A stretch of 64,000 bases of DNA from Trichoplax sp. H2. Lineage: Eukaryota. Shown piece by piece: positions 1 through 12,453 of the stretch. Position numbers and translations under genes: made by a program. The notes beneath the pieces were generated by a model. The model did no database searches and was not told the DNA's origin. It saw nothing but the letters and a program-made list of their open reading frames with translations. The stretch spans positions 930,001 to 994,000 of the forward strand of contig NOWV01000011.1 of NCBI GenBank assembly GCA_003344405.1, read 5' to 3'. The stretch's first letter is position 1; each line of letters starts with the position of its first letter.

Positions 1-59
1 TGTATGATATTAGTGAAGTTAAGCATTACAACGGCTACTGATATCTAATGAATACTGTT

Positions 60-1376
60 GCTGACTACCTTTTAGAACTACATCATATGGCCTTTGTGTT
101 GTCGCCAAAATCATAATAACTCATAATACTATATAATAATCTTGACTGGTAAACAGAGATACTGAATCTATATTAATATCGACTGTACTCTACAACAATT
201 AATTCTAATCAAAGCCGAGCGCTTGCATCTCGTTGTCGTAAGCCCTAAGTATTCAAAATTGAGTTATATTAATATCTACTGAATATACAGTATATACAGT
301 ACTACAATCTCCAACCCTTCCCCAACGTTCACTCCTTATAAACTCCAGGCTTTTATACCCTCGACGGCTGATTATGCCGTAGTATTTGAAAGTCTTATCC
401 ATTGTGGATCTTCCCCATAATCCTAACATAGCCTTTCTATTTCATACTGCACAGTACTTTAGTAGCCCTTGGTATAAATCGCTTTGTGCAGACTGCATGC
501 ACTAGTAATAGTCAAAACATAGCACTTGAATCTTGTTATCGCAAGCCCCAAGAATGCAAACTTGCGGAGATAGACTACTGAATAGAGAAACTGTATCTAT
601 ATTAATATCTATACTACAATAATCAAAAACATAGCACTTATATCTTGTTATCGTAAACCCTAAGAATGCAAACTTGCGGAGATAGACCACTGAACAGAGA
701 TGCTGTATCTATCTTAATATCTATACAGTACTACAATCATAATCAAAGCATAACAGTTGCATCTTGTTATCGTAAACCCTAAGAATGCAAACTTACGGTG
801 ATAGACTACTGAACAGAGATGCTAAGAATGCAAAATTACGGAGATAGACCGATGAATAGAGATACTATATCTATATTAATATCTATACTACAATAATAAT
901 CAAAGCATAGAAGTTGTATCTTATTATCGTAAACCCTAAGAATGCAAAATTTCGGAGATAGACTACTGAACAGAGATACTGTATCTATCTTTATATCTAT
1001 ACTACAATCATAATCAAAGCATAGCACCTGTATCTTGTTATTGTAACACCTAAGAATGCAAAATTGCGGATATAGACTGATGAAGAGAAATACTGTATCT
1101 ATATTAATATCTCTATACTAACATTATTTTATTTTAATGCTATAACATAATCAAAACGTATCGCTTGTGTCTTGTTGTCGTAACCCCTAAGAATTTAAAG
1201 TTACGGAGATAGACTCGTAAGTAGAAACAGTGTATCTACGGTGTATTAATATCTACGCGTATACTATAATAATAATCAAACTATAGTGCTTGTATCTTAT
1301 TATCGTAACCCCAATGAATTCATAATTGCTAAGTTCCATTGGTAAACAGAGGTACTGTATCTCTATTAATATCTAT
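60..1376. repeat. Degenerate tandem repeat, ~110-125 bp unit, best conserved 500-1380
   Basis: Recurrent unit AAGAATGCAAACTTGCGGAGATAGACTACTGAACAGAGATACTGTATCTATATTAATATCTATACTACAATAATCAAAGCATAGCACTTGTATCTTGTTATCGTAAACCCT. ORFs 502-690 and 836-1027 are translations of this repeat. Confidence 0.9.
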
Positions 1377-2530
1377 GTCATGGCCAATACCGGCAATCAG
1401 GCCTGACCAGTAATGGCCGGCCAGTACCGGTAAGATTTATATCTATGCCAAGGTCGGTGTAAGGATCCGGGCATTCTATTCTACACTGTACAGTACTGTA
1501 CTTTTAAATTCGTTCTCTAGCAGCAATTTCATAAACTACATTTGTTTATTTTGGCCCATGATTCAACTTTCTGTCAGTTGAAGATTCAGACTTTTGCATG
1601 TTAGATACTGTGCAAGTGTATATGTGCTCATATGTCCTGTACATCGATGATTTAACGGTTATTTTACACAGCTCTAACTGTTATATTGTACTCCTAAACG
1701 AATTTGTTCTGGAAGGAACAATTTCAAATCATGTTTATATAGGCCCAATGGAGAAACTTTCTTCAAACTCCAACCAATTCATTAGATCAATGGTTTATTT
1801 ATTTAATAATTTTATTCTATTTTGATACTGTGTATCTAGTACCACGGTTCATAGTTCAAGAGTATAATTGGCAAAATAGTCAGTGAAACACCCTTTCCAT
1901 TAAGATTATTCTGATCAATGTGAGTGGAAAGAAACCAATGGCTGACAATTGGTCGCCATAGCAAGAACCCGTTGAAAAAGCTTTAAGGCCGACCACGCCT
2001 AACAATCCAGTACAGTACTCGATTGTGTTGTACTGTATTGTATAGTACGGTACTGTACAGTACAGGGTACAGGTGTAAACTCAGCAGGCCTGACCATTGT
2101 ATGTTTGCGTGCTGTCATTGGCTCGGCCTAGCCGTGGCCTAGCATGTGACTTCGGATGAACTGGCACAGATCAGCACCGATGATGTGACGCAAACAATAG
2201 AACATGAATAAAAAGAAAGAATACACTTCACTCATAACGTCCCATAGAAAGTCAATTACATCACTTCAGCCTTCAGGTGCTTGACTCTAGAAAAAAATTC
2301 TTCAATTCTTTTCATTGGCTGTTGTTGAGTTCTACTGCAGGGGCAAATTTGGAACGGAAAGTGTCACTCACAGTGTGACACACCACTGTGTAGCCTGATG
2401 CGCGTGCAATGAATGACGACCGTCCACAAGGTCGAGTTCGGTGGACGTGCTCTATGCGCAGGTCCTATGGTAGGGTCAGACAGTACTGTACAAAAGGGTC
2501 TCTGTACAGTACCAACGTCCAACGCACGGG

Positions 2531-2538
2531 TATAAATA
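2531..2538 (+). promoter_or_regulatory. TATA box of ALAS, followed by a non-coding exon 1 (~2560-2642)
   Basis: TATAAATA at 2531. Donor AG|GTAAGA at 2642/2643 and acceptor tttatag at 2940, immediately before the ATG at 2941. Confidence 0.6.
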
Positions 2539-2940
2539 GTAGAGGCTCGCTACACAACTGCTGCGTCTAGGCAAGAGAGCTGTTGTCTAAAACCCCATAG
2601 CATTTCCTCACTTGGTATCTGCTCAAGATTAGTATTTTCGAGGTAAGAAATGCAATCATGGCGAGTTCACTGACAATATCGAGGGAGGAATAACCTTTAT
2701 TTTATGATACTTGATTGCTATAAACCTGCTCAATTTTAGGGTAATTCAATCTTGAGTTATTGACTGCACTATGAGGCGAGAGATAGCCATTCGACGGCCG
2801 CCAGTGCAATAAATTGTACTGGTATTGATCAAAGAAAAAAGGCCGTTTACAACAATTTTCAAAGAGAACACCAGTACATGAGAAGTCTTTGCCCACTGGT
2901 CATTCATTTTTATTTTTGAATTTATTTTCCCAATTTATAG

Positions 2941-5900
2941 ATGGATATTGTCTCAAAATGCCCATTCTTGTCTCGTGTATCGTGCAAGATTTTGACTTCT
3001 AGTCGAGCTGCTGCCATCTTTGATGCTCATGCACCTTTATGCCCGGTATTTTCTCGTACCGTCAGCGTTGATTCAAGATCGATCCAACAAGCTACAAAAG
3101 CGCATGAAAATGATTCCGATAAGAAAAAATCAACAGGTAACTTAGCCAAAGGATAGAAACGAAACTAGTTTGATTGAACATTCACAGCCTGCATGTCATT
3201 TCTTCGTCCATTGGATCGCGTATTGATACTTTAATAGAGGTCATTAAAACACTCATACGGTATGATTGTAATGGGCGTTATTGAACGGATCAATAGCTGC
3301 ATTGCACGTTCCACCAGTATCAATATCATTGAATGAAAGTGTCACCAGGGATGGAACGGATCACCAATCAGTTCTGAATTCAGTACTGAAATAACTTGAA
3401 TGATTATTTATCACAAGTTTTGCAAGCCTTAGTACTATGAACGAGCGGCTTAAGGCTTGGGGAGTTATCCACATTTGAATTTTAACTGTACATCTTCAGT
3501 AACAATTACTGTCTGCTATAGTGTTAAAGTAATGAACTCCTACCAACTCCCTTGGATCAATACAGTACAAAAAGTCCAATTTTTTAAATCCTCCTATCGA
3601 CACTGTGATAAAATGACATTACTGTATAGCAATGACCGAATCAATTCGTTGGTGTGCCGTCCATTCTATCACACTGGAGTCGAAATCGTACATTTCATTC
3701 ATGCTTCACTATGATGAAAAAAAGTAGTTGGCAAGTCGTAATGACTTTTGCCCGATTATTCAACATCACTAGATTACATATTTAAACCATTGATAATAGT
3801 GCACAGTATAGCATGGATTCGATCGAAACAGAACACTTTAATAATCCTTCACCTTCTTTCATTTAAAGTATTCTAATCTTGCTATAAATATTTTCGGCGG
3901 TGAAAATTACAGTATTTCGGTAACGATATAGTAAAGCATTACTTACCAATTTGTTAGTATAGTAGTTTCTGGCAAATGTTTGTACGTTTCACCATAATAC
4001 TCTGGAATAGTATTGACAACTGACAATCAACTAAATCTGCTACGATCGATTGAAATGGAGTTAGGAAATTATTACATAATTCTAATGTATCTTGCTGTGA
4101 AGTAGATGGCCTAAGTAGGACTTTTAGATCCTTTATGCTGTTCTATAGTATACACTGTAGGTTTAAATTTCAGAATTATATAGCTCCAAGCCATAACTTA
4201 CAATAGTATAGGATACAATGCAGTGAAATTCCAGACAACAATAGTGTCCAGGGTTAGGGTTAGGGTTAAAGTAATCATGAAATCGATAATTAAGAGTAGC
4301 TAATAGTGTAAATTCTATGGTCCAATTCGTGATTGATTCTGAGCACGTAGCGTCCTTTATAATACTATAAAGCTAAAGTGTTTTGCAGTACAGTTAATCG
4401 ATATACAGTGTACGGTAGTAGAATAAATAGTGTAATTAATAAATATCGATATGTTACGTGCTCTTGCTGTAAGGCAACAATTATTATCTAAAAATAGACT
4501 CGTAAAAAGTCCAATCGCTGCAACCTAGGGTATCTAGTCAATCGAAGTTATGCACAATTCAGACAAGTATCCCATCTTTTATCTTGGGTTACTGTGCTTT
4601 GGTACCATGTTCTAAATGGCAGACTTGTATTACCTAGATTGATTACCTTGTAGGCTATTTAACTTGCTGCTCTGCTGAAATCTTTTAATCATTATGGTTC
4701 TGGCATTTGTCAGTACAGTACATTAACTTTAGTCATTACTGAATTACTCCATATGACAATATCGAATGAAGATTATGGCGTAATTAAGCTATTAACCTCA
4801 CCCAAAGCGAGTTAGTCTATGGGATGCTTTTCTTTCAATGCTCCAATTGATTCTAATAATGAAGGACATGTTTATCCGTGTTGGATTGATATCCTTTTCT
4901 AACTCTGAATCCGCCCGCCCAGTTTTACAGTTGATAATGTCAACAAACCGTTCATTTACTAATACTTAATATTAGCTCCTACTAAAGAGCCATTATTCTA
5001 TAATGACAGTGTAGAATTAAGAAAAAGGCAAGTTTGTGCAGTCTTCCTATCTACATAATCCACGCACGATAGGTCTGATATTCGAATATATAGACGTACA
5101 ATATCGCCAAGAAAAGGAAGATAACTGAAATTTCCGTTTTACATTTCCCTAATTAAGAAGACGTTATGTTATAATGTAATCCAGATCACAAACACTTGTT
5201 TAGTCATTATCCATTATTGCTTACCTACCAGATAATTCGCAAAAACGTCAATTTCTAATCATTATTATTTAATATGAGATTGACTGACTAATGAGCTATT
5301 AGCCTCTAATTATATATTATGACGTCACATTTTAATATTTAACGTCATAATTTCTTCAGATTAGCTATAGATTGCAGATAGCTATACAACATGCAGCTCT
5401 GTACAATATAATTTTGTAGGATAAATTGAACTGGCTGCTCAGTCCGTGAGTCATAAGCTTTACAATGACTGGCAGACATGTAGATAATTACGTCTAGGAT
5501 GTTATAATTGCACCCAGGAGGGTCACTTTTTCTTACTGATCAAAAGTTAGCTAACCGTGAAAGAAGCAAAGATGTAGATCCAACTTAATGTCAGTAAGGT
5601 AATACGAGTGTAATTATAGATGACAAAACAGCGACATCGTTTATTTACTAAAATACAAGCGTCCCATGAATACACTAGTAACTTAATAAATCAACTACTG
5701 TATGTACTATTTTCGATGACCTCTATAAGCCATAACAAAATAATCGTTTCCAGATGTATTGAGCATATTTCAAATATCTTTGTTTAAAAACAAATTAATC
5801 GTAATTACTTAGTACAAATATTTTGTAAGCTTATCATCTAATAACATATTTTATCTTACTGATTATCCAGCTTATCAATGGCTAGTTGATATTTATATTA

Positions 5901-8900
5901 TTGGAGATATACAGTATAGTACAACGAAACGATGTTAAAATGGCATTTGTGGAATTCGGTTGTTGCTCAATAATTTTACATATCTCGTCATTATAGTAAT
6001 CATTTAATGCCAAAATACCCTTGACATGCATATACTGTACGTAGCATATTTAATATATAGTGTACTTGTAGTGCAATAGCTAAATGAATTACGTTTAAAA
6101 TACACGATAGAAAGTCTGTCATCAACATTGAGCAGATAATTGTTCGAAAGCAGTAAACATACATAAAACGGTTGGAATTAGATGATATTACAACCTGTAT
6201 TATCTTGCTATCGAATAGGAAAAATTTGCTTTTAGGTTGATTTTCCCCTTTTGATCATAGTCAGTTACATGAGTTATGTGTGTTCTCTTATATATCTTCT
6301 AGATTCAGCTTAAATGTCAGTCAAAAATTTACAATTATTTTTCCATTTATCCGTAAAGTATGTTTTCATTGGAAGCAATATGATATTACCATTACAATTG
6401 ATGGATAATTATAGGGACGATAGTACTTATTTGCAACAATTTAGCATAATATTATTAAGATAGTGGAGACTTACATCGACCGGCAGATTATAAAATGCCT
6501 AAAAAAATTAATATTTTGATGCAATAGTTGTCCTGTTATTACATAGGTGCACATAATATGGTCTCCTGATCGACTACTTGCTGTTTTGCAGATTGATCTT
6601 GATTACCTTGATTATTGTTTTAGTTTATTAATAATATGACATGGGTTTGGTCAACTATTTGTTTCATGTATATGTTACGGCTATTCTTAAGAATATAATA
6701 TAATCAGCCTTATTCTTAGGACTGGTCATAACATATTCATGGAACGATCCTTGCCTAAATACGTTAATCTATACAGTAAAGTATTGCTAGGTAGTGATCT
6801 CCATCTTCCGACATATTCAAATTTCATTTCAAGTCTATTTGATATAAAGGATAGAAGTGTAGAGCGAATACGAGTACGTGCTATAAAAATACTCCAAAAT
6901 TTGAAGGCTTTATTTTGGCTTGTATTTTAATATCAAAGAAGTGACTGTTCAAAAACCAGTCCTAGTAATTACCTTTAATCGTACAAATGAATAAATTGTC
7001 ATCGTCGTTAATTCAGTAGTTACAATCCTATACTATCAACTATTTCTTCCTAAATTAATTGTAAGTATTGCAATGTACAGTATATATCTAATGATTACAA
7101 ATGAAAACACGATATACAGATTAATTAACTTCCTTTGGTACTTGTCGTAGTTTATTCGTTTTACTAATTAATGTCTGTGTCAATACATCTTTCCTGCTGA
7201 GATTAAAAATACTGGGATACTTGTACTATCAATATGTAAAATTTTATCGGAATAATGCAGTATGTCATGAAGTTTACTAGCTGTTAAGCTCTTGCACCAA
7301 AACTATATCTAGTGAAAGGCAGGTTCTTCTCACACCTTTCATATTTTATTGTCATTGTTATTTCCAGTAGTTGGAGATTGTGCACAATATCTAATGTTCG
7401 GTCATAGGTCATGCATATTACTATAAGCTTTACAAACAGCAAGAACTTAAGTCATCACGCCCTTCTGAGATACGTTGTCAAAATATTTCCTGTAAACAAA
7501 TCCATTTGTAAACAATATGATAGCCAAAATGATGTTTTATGGAAAAATCTACCACGGCTTTAGCTTAATAACGAACTATTCAGGTTATGAATGAGTCATT
7601 ATCATGTTGTAGTCTTTTACCCACATCTTCTATAAAAAATATCGGTACAGAATTACGTTTGCAAGACAATACTGACAGCTACAGGTGTCCGTCCCTTTAT
7701 GGTGACGTACGATACTTAAGTACCGAACTTAGATGTGGTTGTCTTTAACGCTTACCTGCACAATCATAAGTGCGATTTGATACGGATAAATATTAAGGGG
7801 ATTAATTATAAGCAAAAAAACTAAAAATTGTAACTAACTCTAGTCTTCACCAGGGCAAAAACTAACACTGCAATTGTTATTCATTTATGTATTTTCCTAC
7901 TGTTATTAGCTTGGACAAAGTTATTCAAGTACTCAATCGGTTGACTGTAGTCTCCTTTGTTACTTTGCCTAATAGAGCTAATTCTACGAGACATGACTGC
8001 ATTGACAGCCAGTGGGTTGCCTGAAAATTTTTCTTTTTATTTGTCTGTAAATTACAATAACTGAATAGGACTATAGTGAAAGATAGAAGATTGTGTTATT
8101 GAATTTTAAGAATAATCACCGTTACATTGTCTTACGGCTTTAATGTTATCGCTTACTTGATTCGATACGGATTACTGATGTGAATAATATTTTCTTAGGT
8201 AAGGAGAAAAAACCTGGAGACAAGCTATGCTTTGATAAAGATGCCGGCGACGGTAAGATTAATTTTAAAATGCTAACTATTATATTATATTGTATTGTGC
8301 TATAAGTACTAAGTTAATACCTAAATAATTTTACATTCTCTTTGTTGATACAGACTTCTTTTGCGGTGTGTATAGTATACACTAATACTGTATGTACATA
8401 CCTTGCATGCTTCAATAGATTACACCGCTTGATCAGATATCATTTTTGTCATAACGAATCAACGAGCGAATAAAACTAAAGTATTGTAGTCGTATAATTT
8501 TAAATATGAATAAGAAATGTCTGTTGTAACTTTTAATGTAGTCTACTCTATTATTAATAATTGTCTGCCAGTCTTATATTAATTAATCCCTTTAATTGTA
8601 GCTTTTATTTTGTAACGTAATTACATCTTCTGACCATCGTAAACATTTTAGGCTTTTAACCAATCATGCACTGATTTTGCTAAAATTGATTGTTAAATCA
8701 TGGCATGGTCAGCTAACTATTATTTAAGCCAAGATGTGCCTATGGTTAGCATTATCGTTATTGAAATCTGTAAATTTGTACCATGATGGTATCCAATATC
8801 AGATTCCAACGTTATAAGTTACTTGCTCTCTAGGTTATGATAATAAAAATTGAAGTAGAAATTTTTTCTACATGAAGGCCACTAGGTTACATATCGGAAT

Positions 8901-11596
8901 ACGTATCATGTAATTGTCGCGAGATGTTGCAAATTTGTCTTATTATCGATACTTATTTATACCGATCGCATTCAAAATAAATTTAGTGCAGCTTTACTAG
9001 ATAATTGTTTGGCTGTTATAAAGTATTACCGACATCAAATACGGTACACATGTTTGTACATCTCAATGATGATAGCATGATGCGTTAATGCTCACAATTA
9101 CTCCTGACGTATTACGTAAATAAATGTGGTTACCACAAACCTAGTTCCCTGCTGCGTTGATTCGCTATGACTTGATTTGTTTGTCAAGAAAGTGGCCATT
9201 TTAGTATGATACGCCTCTGTTCAACTTTATTTGTTCACGTTAATGCTTTCAAAAAGCGGAACTGATCATGAGGATATATCCTCGAATTTTTACAGGATTC
9301 AAACGTTGCCCATTTCTGGGTCACTCTTCTCGGACACCCTTCGGCATTCCATACATTAAAAGTGCTAAAATCGTTGATGCATCTAACTTTAACAATCAAG
9401 GTAAGCTAAGTATAAACTATGCAAGTAATGTCTTAAATTATGATGTACGATTTATTATTTGCATTGTTATGGCTAGTTAATATGTAACGTTGTATGAATC
9501 TGTGTTATAGCAAGTGCTCACATGGAAGAAGTATATTTTTCCGGCGAACATAGTGAAAATTCTTCAAGACGACAAGGATTTTCAAACCCAAATCAAAGAC
9601 AGTCGGTCGACCATGAATATAAAACCACTAGAGGTAAGAATTGTAGTAAATTTCTCGTTTTATCGATATTGTCTAGTTGGTAGTAGTTAATTCTTCTTCA
9701 TTAGTGGAGAAACAAAATAGATCAATATGTACTGTAGATTACTGTAATGTACTGAAAGTATAATTTTTAGCATGCAACTTTGATCAAAATGGTAATTATA
9801 GAGTTATTATATATAAAATATCTGTATCCGCATTGTACGAGAATCTTTTCATTTGCTAACCAATCTATTTACGCTCTTTTGAAATAGAGCCGTTATTCAG
9901 TTATAATCAATTCTTTAATGACCAAATTGAACTAAAGAAAAAGAATCATACGTATCGTATCTTCAAGGAAATTAATCGTTCCGCTACAACATTCCCCTTA
10001 GCAAAATGTCATCTTCCTGACCAAACTAGGGATGAAATCACGGTTTGGTGTAGCAATGATTACTTAGGACTGAGTCGTCATCCGAAAGTTATTTCCGCTG
10101 TAACGTATGTAATGATATTTCAAGTAGTAGCTGCATTCTATAATGATTCATTAAAGCTGCCATACATTAAATGGTGCTAATACACTGTACGATTTATCTT
10201 TGTTATTGGATTTAGTGAAGCTCTTAAATGTTGTGGAACTGGGGCAGGAGGTACACGGAACATCTCTGGAACCAACAGTCTTCATCGCCGACTTGAAGCA
10301 GAACTTGCGCAGTGGCATAGAAAGGATGCTGGACTTTTATTCAATTCATGCTATTTGGCAAATGAAACTGCTATATCTACTTTGGCGCAACAGTTACCGA
10401 ATTGTGAGATATTTTCCGATGCTGGTAATCACGCTTCCATAATACAAGGTAGTGAATTGTGCCTTATGTATAAACTCAATAATAGTACACTCTAATATGC
10501 CTCAAAAGATCTTTTGTTATCGTTAATGCATAATATTAATATGTTTATCTGAAAACTTTACGATAGGAATTCGTTTGAGTAAGAGTCCAAAGTTTATATT
10601 TCGTCATAATGATCCTGAGCATCTAGAAGAGCTACTATCGAAATCTGATCGTTGTAAGCCTAAGCTTGTAATATTTGAGTCAGTACACTCTATGACTGGC
10701 GATATAAGTCCAATGAAGCAATTGTGTGACGTTGCTCACAAGTATGGTGCTTTAACATTCATTGATGAAGTTCATGCTATCGGATTATATGGAGATACTG
10801 GTGCTGGTATTGCCGAAATGGAAGATATTATTGATCACGTAGACTTCATTAGTGGTACATTAGCGAAAGCTGCTGGTAACATTGGTGGTTACATTGTTGG
10901 AGATCGTGAAGCTATTGATACCCTGAGGAGTTACTGCCCTGGCTTCATTTTCACTACTTCTCTTCCTCCAGCAACCGTTGCTGGTTGCCTAACTTCAGTC
11001 AATATTTTAAGGGGTGAAGAAGGCAAACAACTACGTTCAAGACTTCATTCGAACGTTGCTACTCTGTTCAATAAACTACGAGCAGTTAATATACCTGCAG
11101 TCAAGACTCCAAGCCATATTATTCCTGTTCATGTGCGTTACTACTTTATAGAGATATAATTACGTCAAAGTGTAGTTCAATTCATCTATCTATAGAGTTA
11201 ATAGCGATTATTTTATAACACTTATTATTTACTATTATTTAGGTTGGGAATGCCGAAGAATGCTTACGTGCAAGTAATGATTTACTTTTGCAGCATAATG
11301 TATACGTTCAGTCCATTAACTATCCAACAGTCCCTGTTGGTCAGGAACAACTAAGGGTTACCACAACTCCTCTACATACTGAAGAAATGATGGATTACTT
11401 AGTTGACTCAATAAGGAGTGTATGGAAGCAGCACAACATTCCATTTTTATGGTCCGTCTGTAATAAATATGACAACTGCTACTGTACCGATGAATCAGCA
11501 ACCGCCCTATGTCGTTACCAAACATATATTCGATCACGTTATAGGCCATCAAATCTAGCTGGAGCATCTTCGATTAGTATACCTATTTCCGCTTGA
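2941..11596 (+). CDS. ALAS: 5-aminolevulinate synthase, mitochondrial (PLP-dependent). Coding exons 2941-3136, 8199-8252, 9296-9400, 9511-9633, 9888-10104, 10216-10448, 10567-11132, 11243-11596
   Basis: Heme-regulatory CP motifs KCPFL, LCPVF, RCPFL in the presequence. Catalytic motifs [56 protein letters not shown] (PLP Lys), [21 protein letters not shown]. All junctions are GT-AG and keep frame. The 54-nt exon is the least certain. Confidence 0.95.
4250..4268 (+). repeat. Short interstitial (TTAGGG)x3 telomere-like tract in the long ALAS intron
   Basis: AGGGTTAGGGTTAGGGTTA read directly. Confidence 0.6.
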
Positions 11597-12453
11597 TTTA
11601 AACTCATAACCTCATTTCTGCCAGGCGAGTAGTAGGCAATCTACTCCTCGGAAATATACTTTTTTTCCAAATTTCGAATATCGGTACATTGTATAGCCGT
11701 GCAGTCTATTGCTTTAGTGATGTGTACTCAAAATTATGCATTGTTCATCACACACATGAAGCGAAATTTGGTTTTCCTTTACAATTGATATCATTTAAAG
11801 ATAGTATAGTATATCTTGAATGCATACATTTATAATATATTACATTCACACCTACAAACGCATATGGTATTGGGTGTCACGGATAAATGACGACGACAAT
11901 GCTTCGAAGTTGGACACTCTGTGATTTATTGACGCTTTATTAACGATAGCAATAGCGATTTTATTACATTACTGTATTATATCACTTATGAAGCAAATGG
12001 TGTTACTGATATTAATTTGTATCAACATATTACCAACTGAATATTTGAAAATATTGTTAAACCGGATTAAATTACGAAGAAAAAATAAAAATGTTTCTGA
12101 TACAAAGACAGCATCGCATTCATAATCTTATGTAGGGTGCAAAACAGAAATCCTATTGTGATGTCAGGCAGGAAGACTACCTGCATGATTACTTATCTAA
12201 ATCTGTAGTGACATTCTTCTATGTTCATGTTTTTACAGAAAATAAGTTTGAAAATTACTTTCAAATTAAGTCTTCGTATAATCTCGATCTCTGCTTCATT
12301 AATAACTACTTGAGAAGGACCAGTCGAGTAAATAAATTATTTGATTTATGCAATGTTATAATATTTTAATTTTTAAATAACTAGCATAGTCAGAATCAAT
12401 CAGTGAATGAATGCATGTTTACATCAAAGATTGCCGTAGACGATAAGCGCGTT

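Noticed and set aside
2361-2381. Hairpin GTGTCAC-TCACAGT-GTGACAC containing CAGTGT, a possible iron-responsive element for ALAS
   Set aside because: It lies upstream of the TATA box, so is probably not transcribed, and lacks IRE geometry (5-bp upper stem plus bulged C).
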